This document shows, piece by piece, positions 40,016-48,717 of a stretch of 64,000 nucleotides of DNA. A model generated the notes under the pieces. It did no database searches, had not been told where the DNA came from, and worked only from the letters and a program-made list of their open reading frames with translations. Each line of letters opens with the position of its first letter. The stretch's first letter is position 1. Origin of the DNA: Bacteroides sp. CAG:709 (GTDB taxonomy: Bacteria; Bacteroidota; Bacteroidia; Bacteroidales; UBA932); contig FR882195.1 in the NCBI GenBank assembly GCA_000434935.1, forward strand, positions 32,326 through 96,325, written 5' to 3'. The position numbers and the translations under genes were made by a program.

Positions 40016-42328
40016 TTATTTTCTCTGTGCGCCATAGGCCTTGTATTCATCAGTCGTCACGAAATAGCCGTTCTCCACGTTCTCGACAGCGAACGGGTTT
40101 TTCCAGGATTCGATGACCTGTCTGTCGGTGCCCTGCCATTTTATCAGGCTGGTAAGTCCAAGTCCCCAATCGACGCCGTCTTTCTCTCCTGTCAGAATAG
40201 AGCAGTATTCTGCATAGTCGATGAGGTTTGAAGTGGAATTTTTTGTTACGGCTTTCAGTCCGGCGAGCGTCATCTTGTCTGCATACAGCCAAGTGAAATG
40301 CGCCCTTGATGCGACTGTCTTCGAATCTGGCTTGCTGTCGTAAGCGATATTGCCGCTCATCGAGAAACTGTTGACGGTCGATGTCACTATCAATGCCTTC
40401 TTTCTTGTCACAGACAACAATTCACCGTTATTGACATTGTAGAATGAATTCTGCTCAAGCACGACATCATTGAACTTGGTATCCTTCACCCAAGGACCTG
40501 CGCAGATGTGGAATTCTTGCTTGTCGCCCTTGCTCCAGAACACGTTGTTCTTTACAATAAGGTCACCGCAGTCCGCTCCGCCGGCGTGGGTATTGAGAAG
40601 GAATGCCGCGGTCTTGCTGAATGCAATGTTGTCTTCGGCCCAGTTTACGCAGACATCGCAGTCTATGATGTCTATACCTTCCATTGTGCCTACGGATGTG
40701 CCGCCGGCGTTGAATCTCGTCAAAAGAGGATACCTCAAGTCCAATCCGCAGTCTTCGAGCACCATCTTGCCCATAAGGGTATTGGTATAGATGACCTTGC
40801 CGATTCCGTCATTCATCTTTATATTGACGTTCTTGCATGCGAAGTCGACTCCGGTTCCCTCGACGCCAAACTGTTCTTTGACCGTCACTGTAGGGCGTGT
40901 ACCAGGCACATTTCCGAAGATTACCACGGATTTCTTGTATCCTGTATTTTTGATGACAGCGCTTGCTCCTTCGTCCAGGAACACCGCTCCGAAGGTTCCT
41001 TCATTGAACCATTTGCCCCAGATTACCTGGTCAGCATTCTTGACAAGAGTTCCCTTGCCGTTCTTCGCCTTGCTGTAAGTACGTGAGCCTATTTTCAACT
41101 CAGCGCCTGCCTCCCATGCCTCGTAAAGGTTGGAATAGTCGGCAGTTGTCGCTTTGAATGCGGCAATCGGACCATTGTTCACGTCGCCACATGGAAGTAC
41201 GTACATTACATATTCCGTCTGTCCCATAAGGCCTTCTACAGTCACCACGGCATCGGAACCTTTAGTCCCGTCGGAAATGAGTTCGCTTACTCCAGGTGCG
41301 GCTTCACCGCTCTTGCGGACCATCCAGTACCATGAAGCAGCGTTTTCTGTCGTGACATTGAACTTGAGCGTGCTTACTGTCGCTTCGACCAGAGCTACAC
41401 TCGCAGCCGGGTCATAAACGGAAACTGATCCGTCTACTTTTACGCGTACTTTGGCGATAGCTATGTGTCCGGCTTCCGAAATGGCGACTACAGAGACGTC
41501 GGTACGGGTGTCTGCGAGCGCAGCCTTAGTAGCCACGTCGGCAGGAGCCTGGATTGACAGGACTGAACTTGTGAGATATGCTTCCCAGCCCTTTGGCACC
41601 GTTATTATGGTAGAGGCTATTCCTTTCTGCTCGACGGAGAATGTCTTTTTCTCTCCTTTGCGGAAAACTTCTTCGTCTGAAGCGCCATTGATCTTGCATA
41701 GAAATCCGCCGACGACAGGGACTTTGTACTGCTCTCCGTTCTTGAGAGTGAGCACAAGGGATTCATTGTCATATTCCACTCCTGCGAAATAAGAATCTTC
41801 CGTGCTGCTGCCTGCAACAGCCTTTACCTTTTCTCCTTTTACGTCGAGAACAGGAGCGAAGCTTGAACCGCCATTGTAACTTACTGTCCAATAACCATCC
41901 TCGCTGACGCCGAACATTGGCGTGACGCCGTTTTGTCCTACGGCGACGATTTTCTGCCCTTCATCATCTGTCAGATAAACAGCTCCTTTTCCGTCCTGGT
42001 AGTCCACCATCCAATATCCGTCCTTGTCGACAGACATCAATGGAGCTTTGCCTACGCCGATATTGCCTTGCTGGAGTGTGATGGTCTTGCCATTGGAAAG
42101 ATTGAGAACATATGCGCCATCTTTCTCTTCCACGCTGTTTATCGCCTGACCTGATGCAATGGCCTGAAGGGCCTGGACGTTGCCGTTGATTGCCTCAGCC
42201 ACTTTTTCCAATGCGGAAACCCTGTTTTCTATTTTGTCTACCCTGTCCTCGAGGTCGTCAATGTTGCCACAAGCGACCATTGCCAAAAAGGAGGCTGCTA
42301 TAGTTATTAATTTGTGATTCGTTTTCAT
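40016..42328 (-). CDS. Lipoprotein with an N-terminal coiled-coil plus 'GxWxVSxDGG' beta-repeat module and a C-terminal right-handed parallel beta-helix domain (candidate polysaccharide lyase or hydrolase)
   Basis: Lipobox 'MVACG'. The C-terminal region has pectate-lyase-like beta-helix repeats ('DIIDCDVCVNWAEDN..IVKNNVFW'). Confidence 0.5.
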   Translation of the reverse strand: MKTNHKLITIAASFLAMVACGNIDDLEDRVDKIENRVSALEKVAEAINGNVQALQAIASGQAINSVEEKDGAYVLNLSNGKTITLQQGNIGVGKAPLMSVDKDGYWMVDYQDGKGAVYLTDDEGQKIVAVGQNGVTPMFGVSEDGYWTVSYNGGSSFAPVLDVKGEKVKAVAGSSTEDSYFAGVEYDNESLVLTLKNGEQYKVPVVGGFLCKINGASDEEVFRKGEKKTFSVEQKGIASTIITVPKGWEAYLTSSVLSIQAPADVATKAALADTRTDVSVVAISEAGHIAIAKVRVKVDGSVSVYDPAASVALVEATVSTLKFNVTTENAASWYWMVRKSGEAAPGVSELISDGTKGSDAVVTVEGLMGQTEYVMYVLPCGDVNNGPIAAFKATTADYSNLYEAWEAGAELKIGSRTYSKAKNGKGTLVKNADQVIWGKWFNEGTFGAVFLDEGASAVIKNTGYKKSVVIFGNVPGTRPTVTVKEQFGVEGTGVDFACKNVNIKMNDGIGKVIYTNTLMGKMVLEDCGLDLRYPLLTRFNAGGTSVGTMEGIDIIDCDVCVNWAEDNIAFSKTAAFLLNTHAGGADCGDLIVKNNVFWSKGDKQEFHICAGPWVKDTKFNDVVLEQNSFYNVNNGELLSVTRKKALIVTSTVNSFSMSGNIAYDSKPDSKTVASRAHFTWLYADKMTLAGLKAVTKNSTSNLIDYAEYCSILTGEKDGVDWGLGLTSLIKWQGTDRQVIESWKNPFAVENVENGYFVTTDEYKAYGAQRK

Positions 42329-42345
42329 TATGCTGATGTTTTGTA

Positions 42346-44037
42346 TTACAATTGTTTGACTTTAATCCAGTCTATATCGAACTGTCCGGGGAATTCTTCT
42401 TTCTTGACGATGCCGCCGACAAATTGTCCGCCTACGGCAATGTCGAGAAGTGTATTGTAATCTTGTTCCATGAATGTCCAGTTCTTGAAATACCATTCCT
42501 GCTCCTGTGGCTTCAACTGCGAGTAAAGAGGGTCATCCGCAGTATGGACAAAGTGCTTGTAAACATGGACCGGTGTATCATTGACATACCAGACGATCTG
42601 TTCGTCCGTAATCTCGACTGAAAAGACATTGAATACACCCGGAGCCATCGCATCCTGAGCAATGCCTTGGTTATAATTCGATACCGTCTCTCCGGCTTCA
42701 TTCACATAAGTTTCCTTTTTCTGGTTTATTGCCGCGGTGTTCAATGTGTATTGCGTGTGGCATGTGTGGTATGTTGTCGTTCCGAAATTTAGTTTTTCGC
42801 AAACATCTATTTCACCATAAAGGTATCCTGCATCAGGAGCTGCCCAGATTGCATACCATATGCCCGTTCCCATTTGCGTGAAACGTGCCCTGCAATCCAG
42901 GCGGAAAGGCGGTTTGTATGTAAGCTTGTCCTTTGTCCAGATTGCACCTGTCTTGTATGAATCACCGTCAACGTGGGCGTATAGTTTGAGAAGTCCGTCC
43001 TCTACTACAGATTGTGCCGGATCGCCTTTCTGATAAGTGTTCCAGTCAGATGTCACGCTGCCGCTCTTATAACGCACCCACCATCTATAGTCGATATCAT
43101 TCCCGATAAAGTCGTCGAAAAGAATCAGGTCTTTTTCATACTTGAATTTGAACTTGAATGTCTTGGCCTCGCCGGAAAGAGTCGAAGCCAAAAGATTGAC
43201 AGTGTATTCTCCTGTAACGCCGTCCTTTGGAGCTTCCACTACGAGCTTGTCCTTCTCCATCCGGAAATTCCATCCGTCCGGCACGTTGAGGAATGTCATG
43301 TCTCCGATACCCTTGATTTCTGCAGGGAACTCATTCAAACGGTCTCCATAGACCCAGGCGCCGTCCTTTTCATCGTAGTATTTCAATTCTATCGAGGCCT
43401 CAGACTCCAAAGGAATGGAGAACGTCTCACCGGTTACCAGGGTGATGTTCATGTTCCCGGTTTCCTTGTTGTGAACCACTCTGTCGAAGAAACAATACGA
43501 TGCGGGAGCAAGTGATTTGCCGTCCACGGCACTTATCGGGTCGCCCTTGGCATCAATGATTCTCTGCCAAGTCTTGCCCTCGTCAATCGAAATCTGCCAG
43601 AAACCATATTTGTCAATGCTGACGACAGGGGATTTTCCATCTGTGCTCCACGGACTGGCTGCACCTTTTATCTCGGAAAATGTCTCGCCTCCGTCGAAAG
43701 AGACTGACCATTTTCCTGATTCGTCCACTCCTATCATCGGGGCAGTGCCTTCCAAGTTCTTTCCGAACGTGATGCTGATGGTGCTGCCGTCAGACAGTTT
43801 CAGGTCGTATCCTACAATGTTGCCGTTCTCCGTCCGTTCATCATATTGAAGTATCAGAAGATTCTCCTTGTAGAGAGTGTTCAGTGCGGTGGCATTGTCG
43901 TTTATTTCTCCATAGACTGATTCCAATGCGCTGATTCGCTCTTCCAAGGACGAGATTCTCTGCTCCAGATTGTCTCCCGTACACGATTGGAGCACGAGGG
44001 CGATAATCCATGGAATGATTAGGTGATATCTCTTCAT
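42346..44037 (-). CDS. GH16-family glycoside hydrolase with the same N-terminal coiled-coil/beta-repeat module as 40016..42328
   Basis: 'GEIDVCEK' fits the GH16 ExDxxE catalytic motif in a concanavalin-like C-terminal domain. Start set at the MKRYHLI ATG (44037), which has a signal peptide and lipobox. Confidence 0.65.
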   Translation of the reverse strand: MKRYHLIIPWIIALVLQSCTGDNLEQRISSLEERISALESVYGEINDNATALNTLYKENLLILQYDERTENGNIVGYDLKLSDGSTISITFGKNLEGTAPMIGVDESGKWSVSFDGGETFSEIKGAASPWSTDGKSPVVSIDKYGFWQISIDEGKTWQRIIDAKGDPISAVDGKSLAPASYCFFDRVVHNKETGNMNITLVTGETFSIPLESEASIELKYYDEKDGAWVYGDRLNEFPAEIKGIGDMTFLNVPDGWNFRMEKDKLVVEAPKDGVTGEYTVNLLASTLSGEAKTFKFKFKYEKDLILFDDFIGNDIDYRWWVRYKSGSVTSDWNTYQKGDPAQSVVEDGLLKLYAHVDGDSYKTGAIWTKDKLTYKPPFRLDCRARFTQMGTGIWYAIWAAPDAGYLYGEIDVCEKLNFGTTTYHTCHTQYTLNTAAINQKKETYVNEAGETVSNYNQGIAQDAMAPGVFNVFSVEITDEQIVWYVNDTPVHVYKHFVHTADDPLYSQLKPQEQEWYFKNWTFMEQDYNTLLDIAVGGQFVGGIVKKEEFPGQFDIDWIKVKQL

Positions 44038-44066
44038 ATCATTGATTATTAGTTCATTATATTTAT

Positions 44067-45262
44067 TTATTTGGCTTTGCGGCACGATGTCTCTGGCTTG
44101 TCATATTTTCCGTCGAACACATCCTTTACCGCTTCGAGGAAACGGAAGCCCCAGTAACGGTCCGGAAGAAGGTAACTGCCCTCGACATATTCATTCCATG
44201 CGTTGAGCATCACGAACTTAGGTTGGGTGTCAGCATGGTCGTCAGCCCATTCCTTTGCGGTTTGTACGAAAGAAGCGAAGGCTCCGGTGAATGATTGTAT
44301 CGGGTAATGTCCTTTTCTCCTTTTTCCGGATAGCGTGGCGTGTTATCCCAGCCTACTGATGCCGTAGGGAACAGCGGAATTCCGAATTCCTTGTACCAAC
44401 GCTCCCTGAAACCTATTGCCTTCATTCCGTGACGGATATAGTCAGGCTCCATGCCGCCCATATTGTAAGCGGCCGTCGAAGAAATGCCGAACCTCTTTAT
44501 CTGGTCCTTGATGCGCTGAGTTTCCTCCTTTCCGCGTGGCCATATTCCTCCGCATAGTTGGATATGGACATCCGGGAATCCGGCTTCTTTTACCTTCCCG
44601 TGGAAATAATCCATAGCCTTTCCTGCCTCTTCCAATGAACCGAAGCTTTCCATGAAATAATCCAGGCTCCAGATGCTGAAAACCGGACACCCGTCAATTT
44701 TCACGTAGTTCGGGCGATGGAAATACTGGCTGATGACCCTGTCCACGATTATTTTCCATTGCTCCCAATCGATTCTCGGATCGAATGTCAATGTCTCGGT
44801 GTCGGAGTTGATATGCGGATTCCAATAATTCGTCACCTCATGATTCGCATACATTATATAGAAGTTCATCTTCTCGTTGGACGGTGCCTTCAGGAAGCCG
44901 TTGTCCAGCGCTTCTTCGAGGAACGGATACTTGTGGAACCAGTACCAGTCATATATGAAGGTGTTGACTCCATATTTGAGAGCTGTGTTTATCCATTTTT
45001 CCACTACTTCCGGATCATCATCCTGGTCGCCTTTCCACAGCGGCTCGCGCGGTTGGTAATGCCCCGGGAATCTCGGAGTTCCGGCATTGATGATTTCCCA
45101 TTCGCCTTGTCCGCCGGGCCAGATAAGTTCGTGGGCTAGAGAGTCGTCGTGGCATGACGGCCAGATGTAGGCACAGACATAATAGTCAGGAGTTTTGGTC
45201 CCTTGCGCGCAGGAAACTAGCGCGATGGCTGTCGCCAGGATTGCTGCAATTCGGTTTTTCAT
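44067..45262 (-). CDS. Frameshifted GH99-like/WbsX-like glycoside hydrolase-fold protein (ORF 44210..45262 plus a C-terminal continuation to 44067 in another frame)
   Basis: Frame A ends 'RYPEKGEKDITRYNHSPEPS...*'. The alternate frame reads 'GHYPIQSFTGAFASFVQTAKEWADDHADTQPKFVMLNAWNEYVEGSYLLPDRYWGFRFLEAVKDVF..*', protein-like and including an NAWNEW-type motif. The shift is in an A/T run at 44311-44327. Confidence 0.45.
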
Positions 45263-45532
45263 TTGCTTTCCGTGTTATTAATTACGTTTTCTGACACTTC
45301 AGTGTCATAAAATCACATTTTTTTGCTTAACTTTATAAAGGATGAAGGAGATTTTTGCCGTTCCCGTGCACGGAGATTTGAAATGGTGGCGAGACACTAA
45401 CGTGGCACATTCGCGAAAAATCTCTCTTTCTTTTCCTACATTAAATTTACATAAATTTTCGAGCAATCAACATAGTGGCCTAACATTATTAAATTGGATT
45501 TTTGACACTAATACTATTAAAACTATAAGAAT

Positions 45533-46459
45533 ATGATACAGGATAGCGGCAAGCATACCAGCAGATTTTCGCTGCTTTCGTTCGAAACGACCTCAAATGA
45601 AACGGAAGACTTGATTTCTTCCATCGGCTATCAGGATGTCGGACCTCGGCAGGAATATCCTGCCCGTGTCATACCCAAGCGCTACAGCTTCAATGACGGA
45701 AGGCAGTTGGCTGAATTCCAGCTGGTCTACATTACCGGCGGTACCGGCGTTTTCGAGGACAATGAAAGTTCCAGGATAGTTACTCCCGGTACGTTGTTCC
45801 TGCTCCGCCCGGGATATTGGCATTCTTATCACCCTAACAGGGATACAGGCTGGACAGAATATTATATAGGGTTCAACGGACCCACGTTCCGCCGTGAAAT
45901 CGAACGCTTTTTCGGTGAAAGGAAAGGCCCGATAGAATTGGGAATGTCTGCCACCCTCGTGGACCTTTTCGAACAGGCTCTCTTCTATTCGGAACGCCAA
46001 TGTTCTCAGACGATGTCGATTCTGCAGGCTGTCGTGATCCACATGCTTGCATTGGTGAACTACAATCTCACCACACGGGACAAGACGGATGACAAGCTCG
46101 ATGCCGCCATCAACTATGTGAAAAAATATATGGCAGACCATCTCTCCGAGCCGATAGACGTCCCGGCTCTTGCCGCCGAAAGGGGAATGAGCTACACCTG
46201 GCTCCGCCGCATGTTCCGCAAGAACACCGGAATGGCGCCCGCCCAATATCTCCAGCAATTGCGTATCCATATGTCAATGTACCTGCTGCGCAATACCTCA
46301 TTGCCGATAAAGAACGTAGCCGTAGACAGCGGTTTCAAAACCTCGGAGTATTTCTGCTCCGTATTCCAGGAAACTGTCGGCATGACACCCCGGGCGTATC
46401 GCGCAGCGAATAATGATGGGGCCAGACAACCGGAAACGGATGCAACATGTGGAGCATAA
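45533..46459 (+). CDS. AraC-family transcriptional regulator (cupin-like sensor plus HTH), divergent from the PUL
   Basis: C-terminal 'AQYLQQLRIHMSMYLL..YFCSVFQETVGMTPRAYR' is an AraC HTH. Confidence 0.7.
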   Translation: MIQDSGKHTSRFSLLSFETTSNETEDLISSIGYQDVGPRQEYPARVIPKRYSFNDGRQLAEFQLVYITGGTGVFEDNESSRIVTPGTLFLLRPGYWHSYHPNRDTGWTEYYIGFNGPTFRREIERFFGERKGPIELGMSATLVDLFEQALFYSERQCSQTMSILQAVVIHMLALVNYNLTTRDKTDDKLDAAINYVKKYMADHLSEPIDVPALAAERGMSYTWLRRMFRKNTGMAPAQYLQQLRIHMSMYLLRNTSLPIKNVAVDSGFKTSEYFCSVFQETVGMTPRAYRAANNDGARQPETDATCGA

Positions 46460-46559
46460 ACCTCTGTTTTATAACGGATTAGCCATTTTCAGAGTTGCCG
46501 TTCATCTAACTCTGAAAATGGCTAACTGTTTAACAGTTAATAATTTATGCTCCACACCA
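46445..46559. repeat. Copy 2 of the repeated structured element: GTGGAGCATAAA ... CGGATTAGCC-ATTTTCAGAGTTGCCGTT ... AACTCTGAAAATGGC, closed by the inverted TTTATGCTCCAC
   Basis: Shares ~45 nt of arrangement with 7231-7278. A nested 16-bp stem (46481-46496 / 46508-46523) sits inside a 12-14 bp outer inverted repeat (46448-46460 / 46545-46558). It overlaps the AraC stop codon. Confidence 0.5.
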
Positions 46560-46900
46560 GCTGTATCCAGTAATTGTCAGCACTTGGAATTCCGTACCGC
46601 CTACAACGTTTCTCGGAACAAAGCCCTACAATATTCGTCCTGTCGTGAGTGAATCCGGCCATTTTACGCACGACATGACATTTTTTCACCACGACGTGTG
46701 TGGAAAACGTTTTAATACGCACGGGACGTGGCTGGGGCGAAACGTAAGGGATGATGTAGAGGGAACAGTGCAGGACACACATTTGGTGCAGGTTAAAACG
46801 TTTTTTTTGGAACAAAATGCCCCAGCATGCACCCTCTGTACTGTCTAAAACGTTTTCGCGGTACAAAATAGATTACACATAATGAACCCTGTGACAGGAA

Positions 46901-47022
46901 AGCCCCGCCGGGGGTGGAGCCTCTGGAGGCATGGTCACCCATGACCTTGTGAATGGGTGTCAGGCGACAGCCTGACGGGATGAGCGAAGCGAACCTCCAG
47001 AGGCTCCACCCCCGGCGGGGCG
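46901..47022. other. GC-rich long hairpin: 27-bp perfect inverted repeat (CCCCGCCGGGGGTGGAGCCTCTGGAGG) around a 67-nt loop that has its own sub-hairpins
   Basis: 46902-46928 is the reverse complement of 46996-47022. The loop contains GTCAGGCGACAGCCTGAC and CATGGTCACCCATGACC palindromes. Confidence 0.6.
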
Positions 47023-47070
47023 CGTCAAACGCCCAAGCCAGCACGGACCAATGTCACATCATCAGGCAAT

Positions 47071-48078
47071 TCAAAACTCCAGATTAGCTATCTTTTCGTG
47101 AATCTGTTCGCCGGGCAATTCGTCAAGGCAGTCCCTGAACTCCATCGTTCCGAGTCCGGGAACATCGGTGACGGTGCATACGGTTATGCCGGACGTGCTG
47201 GTATATGACAAGACTTCATCTTTGTTGTCATTGTCCCGATACAGGACGAATCCCTTGGTGTCACCGGTGTAGCCTGCGAGCATCATGAAAAACATTGAGC
47301 CGATATCTCCATACGAGGCTTCATACAGGCTCTCGGAGGAATACTTGAACGGATAACTCTTGTCTGAATACCGCACCTGGCAAGTACCGTTGTTGTCAAT
47401 GTTTACACGCGTATATATTGACAGGCTGTCAGCCGAATCCCCGGAATGCTGCTTCCCGAAAGGAATGGAATACCCATATCCCTTGCCGCAATCATAAATC
47501 CCTGTCAATGTGTAAATTGCAGTCCAGTCCCCATCGCCCTTCTTCATGTATATGCTACCAGCTGATTCCGACTTCGGAATTCCGATATGGAAATCGCCGT
47601 TCCCGCTGGTCAGGTATATGAAATTCAAATCACTATTTACCTGCTTGTAAGAATTCCACACTTCATGTTTGTCGCCCGGCCGATACTCATACCAATCCAG
47701 GCCGTCCCGTACGAAATACCCGCCTTTGTAACAATAGATGTCCCGCGCGTCGCTCGGCATGTAATCGTAGATTTCACTCGTAGTGTAGATCTCGCTCCAT
47801 TCGCCGCCCGGCAGGGCATAGAAAAAGTTGCATGAAGTGTTTTTCGGCACACTCACGCAGCAGCTGGAATTCTTGATATTGAAGAAGTTGCTCTCTTCGT
47901 TATACTGCTCGTATGTCGCCCAGACACCTATCTTGCTGTCAGGACGATATTCTTCCCAATGCGAGCCGTTCCGGAGAAAATAACCTCCCTTATACGAATA
48001 AAGCCCCGTCTGTCCGGCAGCCGGGGTTAACATGAAGAGCAATGTGACAATGCTCACCAGAAAGTTTCGACAACTCAT
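47071..48078 (-). CDS. Secreted hypothetical protein with an internal tandem duplication
   Basis: Signal peptide. Two ~110-aa repeats ('YSYKGGYFLRNGSHWEEYRPDSKIGVW' and 'YCYKGGYFVRDGLDWYEYRPGDKHEVW'). Confidence 0.5.
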   Translation of the reverse strand: MSCRNFLVSIVTLLFMLTPAAGQTGLYSYKGGYFLRNGSHWEEYRPDSKIGVWATYEQYNEESNFFNIKNSSCCVSVPKNTSCNFFYALPGGEWSEIYTTSEIYDYMPSDARDIYCYKGGYFVRDGLDWYEYRPGDKHEVWNSYKQVNSDLNFIYLTSGNGDFHIGIPKSESAGSIYMKKGDGDWTAIYTLTGIYDCGKGYGYSIPFGKQHSGDSADSLSIYTRVNIDNNGTCQVRYSDKSYPFKYSSESLYEASYGDIGSMFFMMLAGYTGDTKGFVLYRDNDNKDEVLSYTSTSGITVCTVTDVPGLGTMEFRDCLDELPGEQIHEKIANLEF

Positions 48079-48094
48079 AAAAACAAGTCAATGT

Positions 48095-48574
48095 CTACCT
48101 TTTCGCAAGTTCGGAATCCAGGAAAATCAATCCGCTGTCACCGCACCTTTCAATCTTGTTCACGATAGCGTTAACAGTAGCTTCTTCCTCTACCTGCTCA
48201 CGGACGAATCCCCAAAGGAAATCCTGGGTAGCCTTGTCTTTCTCTGCAGAAGCCACGTCTACGAGATCATCTATAAGCCTTGACACGTGACGCTCATGCT
48301 CAGCGACATTGGCAAAGACCTCTTTCACGCTGCCCCAACCGGTCGGAACGACATCGACCATATTCACTTTGGCCTCGCCGCCACGTTTTGCAAGATAGTT
48401 GGCAAGCATTATTGCATGATTACGTTCTTCATCAGACTGTTTGTGCATCCAATGTGCAAAACCCTCCCAACCTTCTTTCTCAAAGTAGAAAGCCATCTGG
48501 AGATACAGATTTGAAGACCACAACTCAGCGGTAATCTGATCATTGACCGCCTTTTGTAATTTCTCGGTAATCAT
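48095..48574 (-). CDS. ftnA: Ferritin (non-haem bacterial ferritin)
   Basis: 159 aa; 'ELWSSNLYLQMAFYFE...EERNHAIMLANYL' carries the ferroxidase diiron ligands. Confidence 0.8.
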   Translation of the reverse strand: MITEKLQKAVNDQITAELWSSNLYLQMAFYFEKEGWEGFAHWMHKQSDEERNHAIMLANYLAKRGGEAKVNMVDVVPTGWGSVKEVFANVAEHERHVSRLIDDLVDVASAEKDKATQDFLWGFVREQVEEEATVNAIVNKIERCGDSGLIFLDSELAKR

Positions 48575-48717
48575 AATTATTATAAATTAAAAACATTCTC
48601 TTCACAACAGCCTCATCAAGCCGTTGTTACTTGAGAGCGTGCAACTTACGTGCCAATTTTCCAGCCGGCTCCCCAAATGTCCATCCCTGTCAATTTGTCA
48701 ATAAAATGACAAAACCA

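Noticed and set aside
46645-46848. 67-aa ORF (MSESGHFTHDMTFFHHDVCGKRFNTHGTW...) in the structured intergenic region
   Set aside because: Its frame is generated by the repeated AAAACGTTTT/ACGCACG units. There is no promoter or RBS context and no recognisable fold. It could still be a small protein, but the evidence is insufficient.
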